From Cycas panzhihuaensis (Eukaryota > Plantae > Cycadophyta), in the NCBI GenBank assembly GCA_023213395.1, contig CM041465.1, positions 148,621,741 to 148,685,740 of the forward strand: a stretch of 64,000 bases of DNA. Reading direction: 5' to 3'. The position numbers and the translations under genes were made by a program. This document shows positions 62,930 to 64,000 of this stretch, in pieces (position 1 is the stretch's first letter; each line of letters starts with the position of its first letter). The notes beneath the pieces are model-generated. The model worked only from the letters and a program-made list of their open reading frames with translations, was not told where the DNA came from and ran no database searches.

Positions 62930-64000
62930 TGCTAAACCTGATGTTTACATGTTAAGAAAATGTACTCTATCATTCATGTATTATTTGTATTTATTGGGGC
63001 GACTTATTACTTAAGTGATAAAGTACACACCCACATTCTTTCCTAGTGATATGACATTATGACTTAAGGGTCAAAGTGACCCTTATGCACTTTTGCTTAC
63101 TTGAGAGCCCAAAAGGACACATATCTTACATGCAAAGGATGTAGCTTGGATGTTTGACACTTGTCAAACATCCAACACCCTAGGTCTCTCTTACAACTTT
63201 ATATATTGAGACCAATTCTGATGTATCTCATATGGAGTGTGAGTAACATTGTTATGCTGCCAGTTTGTTAATCAAACTATCATCCATTTGGAGATCTGGA
63301 CCAATTCCATCTCCTCCATATTTTGGTATTGTTATGCTCATGCTCTTTCATGCTTATGCTTTATTGACTATTTTATTTCAACATTTCTTCATTTGGGTGT
63401 CAATCATCTTTATTTTAGAGTAGATTGGTACTCTTTTCTAGATCTTGTGTATTGTAGGCTTAATGCCATTTCTAACATTTGGTATTAGAGTAGTAGAAAT
63501 GAGTCATTTTTTCCTTTGATTTCTCTGTTTTCTAGTGATCTAGTTAGGGTTTTCAAACCCTTGGTAACGACCTTCGCACTCCGAAGGGAACCCAAGGTTA
63601 TTTGAAGTATTTTTTTTGCAACTTTAAGCACTTTCTGGTTACTAGCAGGTAGCAACTAAGTTATTTCAAGGTCTGAAATTTTTTTAGACACATTTGCAGG
63701 GTGCAACACTCATTGTTATAAAAAAAATAATGTTTTTTTTAATTTTTTCTTAAAAAAATTATTTCTCTATAGAAGGAAAGCAAATCTAAGAGATCTGATT
63801 GGTTTTTTTACTGTAAATCAGTCTTCTGGTTACTCCTTGTCACTTGCAACTGATCTATGCCAACTATCTTACTGTTTTGGGCGGATGCATCATTGATTTC
63901 AGTGATTTTCACTTCAAAAATTCACTTATTTTGCTTGTTTCTTCTTAATTTGGTTGGCTATCCTCTATCTGTCACTTACTGTAGGTGTCTCAACTTGTAA
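62930..64000 (+). mobile_element. 5' end of Copia M (B/D family): LTR 62930-63477, PBS, leader
   Basis: Reverse complement of the B/D LTR, including the TTGGATGTTTGACA hairpin; PBS TGGTATTAGAG at 63480; leader matches 8400-8900. Confidence 0.88.

Overview
Plant nuclear DNA, about 85% LTR retrotransposon. Giant TE-filled introns suggest a large genome such as a gymnosperm (inference). (1) 1-26929: a three-level nest. A Reina-like chromovirus Gypsy (A, +) carries a Copia (B, -, TSD TAGTC) and a short-LTR Gypsy (C, -, TSD GAAGA); C carries a second copy of the B family (D, -, TSD TATTT/TGTTT). (2) 28069-54090: eight phase-compatible exons of a + strand host gene. Its C-terminal exons resemble the DUF4502 region of the DNA-repair scaffold SPIDR. 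(3) The gene's 22.8-kb intron (29914-52713) holds another nest: Copia E, Gypsy F, a TSD-less solo LTR, a minus-strand LTR+PBS (K), and a complete Athila/Phygy-like Gypsy (H, 40015-49994, TSD ATCCC). H is the most unusual element: four Gag zinc knuckles, a second capsid-like domain between protease and RT, an extra 3' ORF, and 29-bp tandem arrays in its LTRs. (4) 57911-64000: a decayed Copia (L) interrupted by a Gypsy (J), itself interrupted by a third B-family Copia (M). No rRNA, tRNA or CRISPR array was found. All family and clade assignments come from motif recognition, not database searches.
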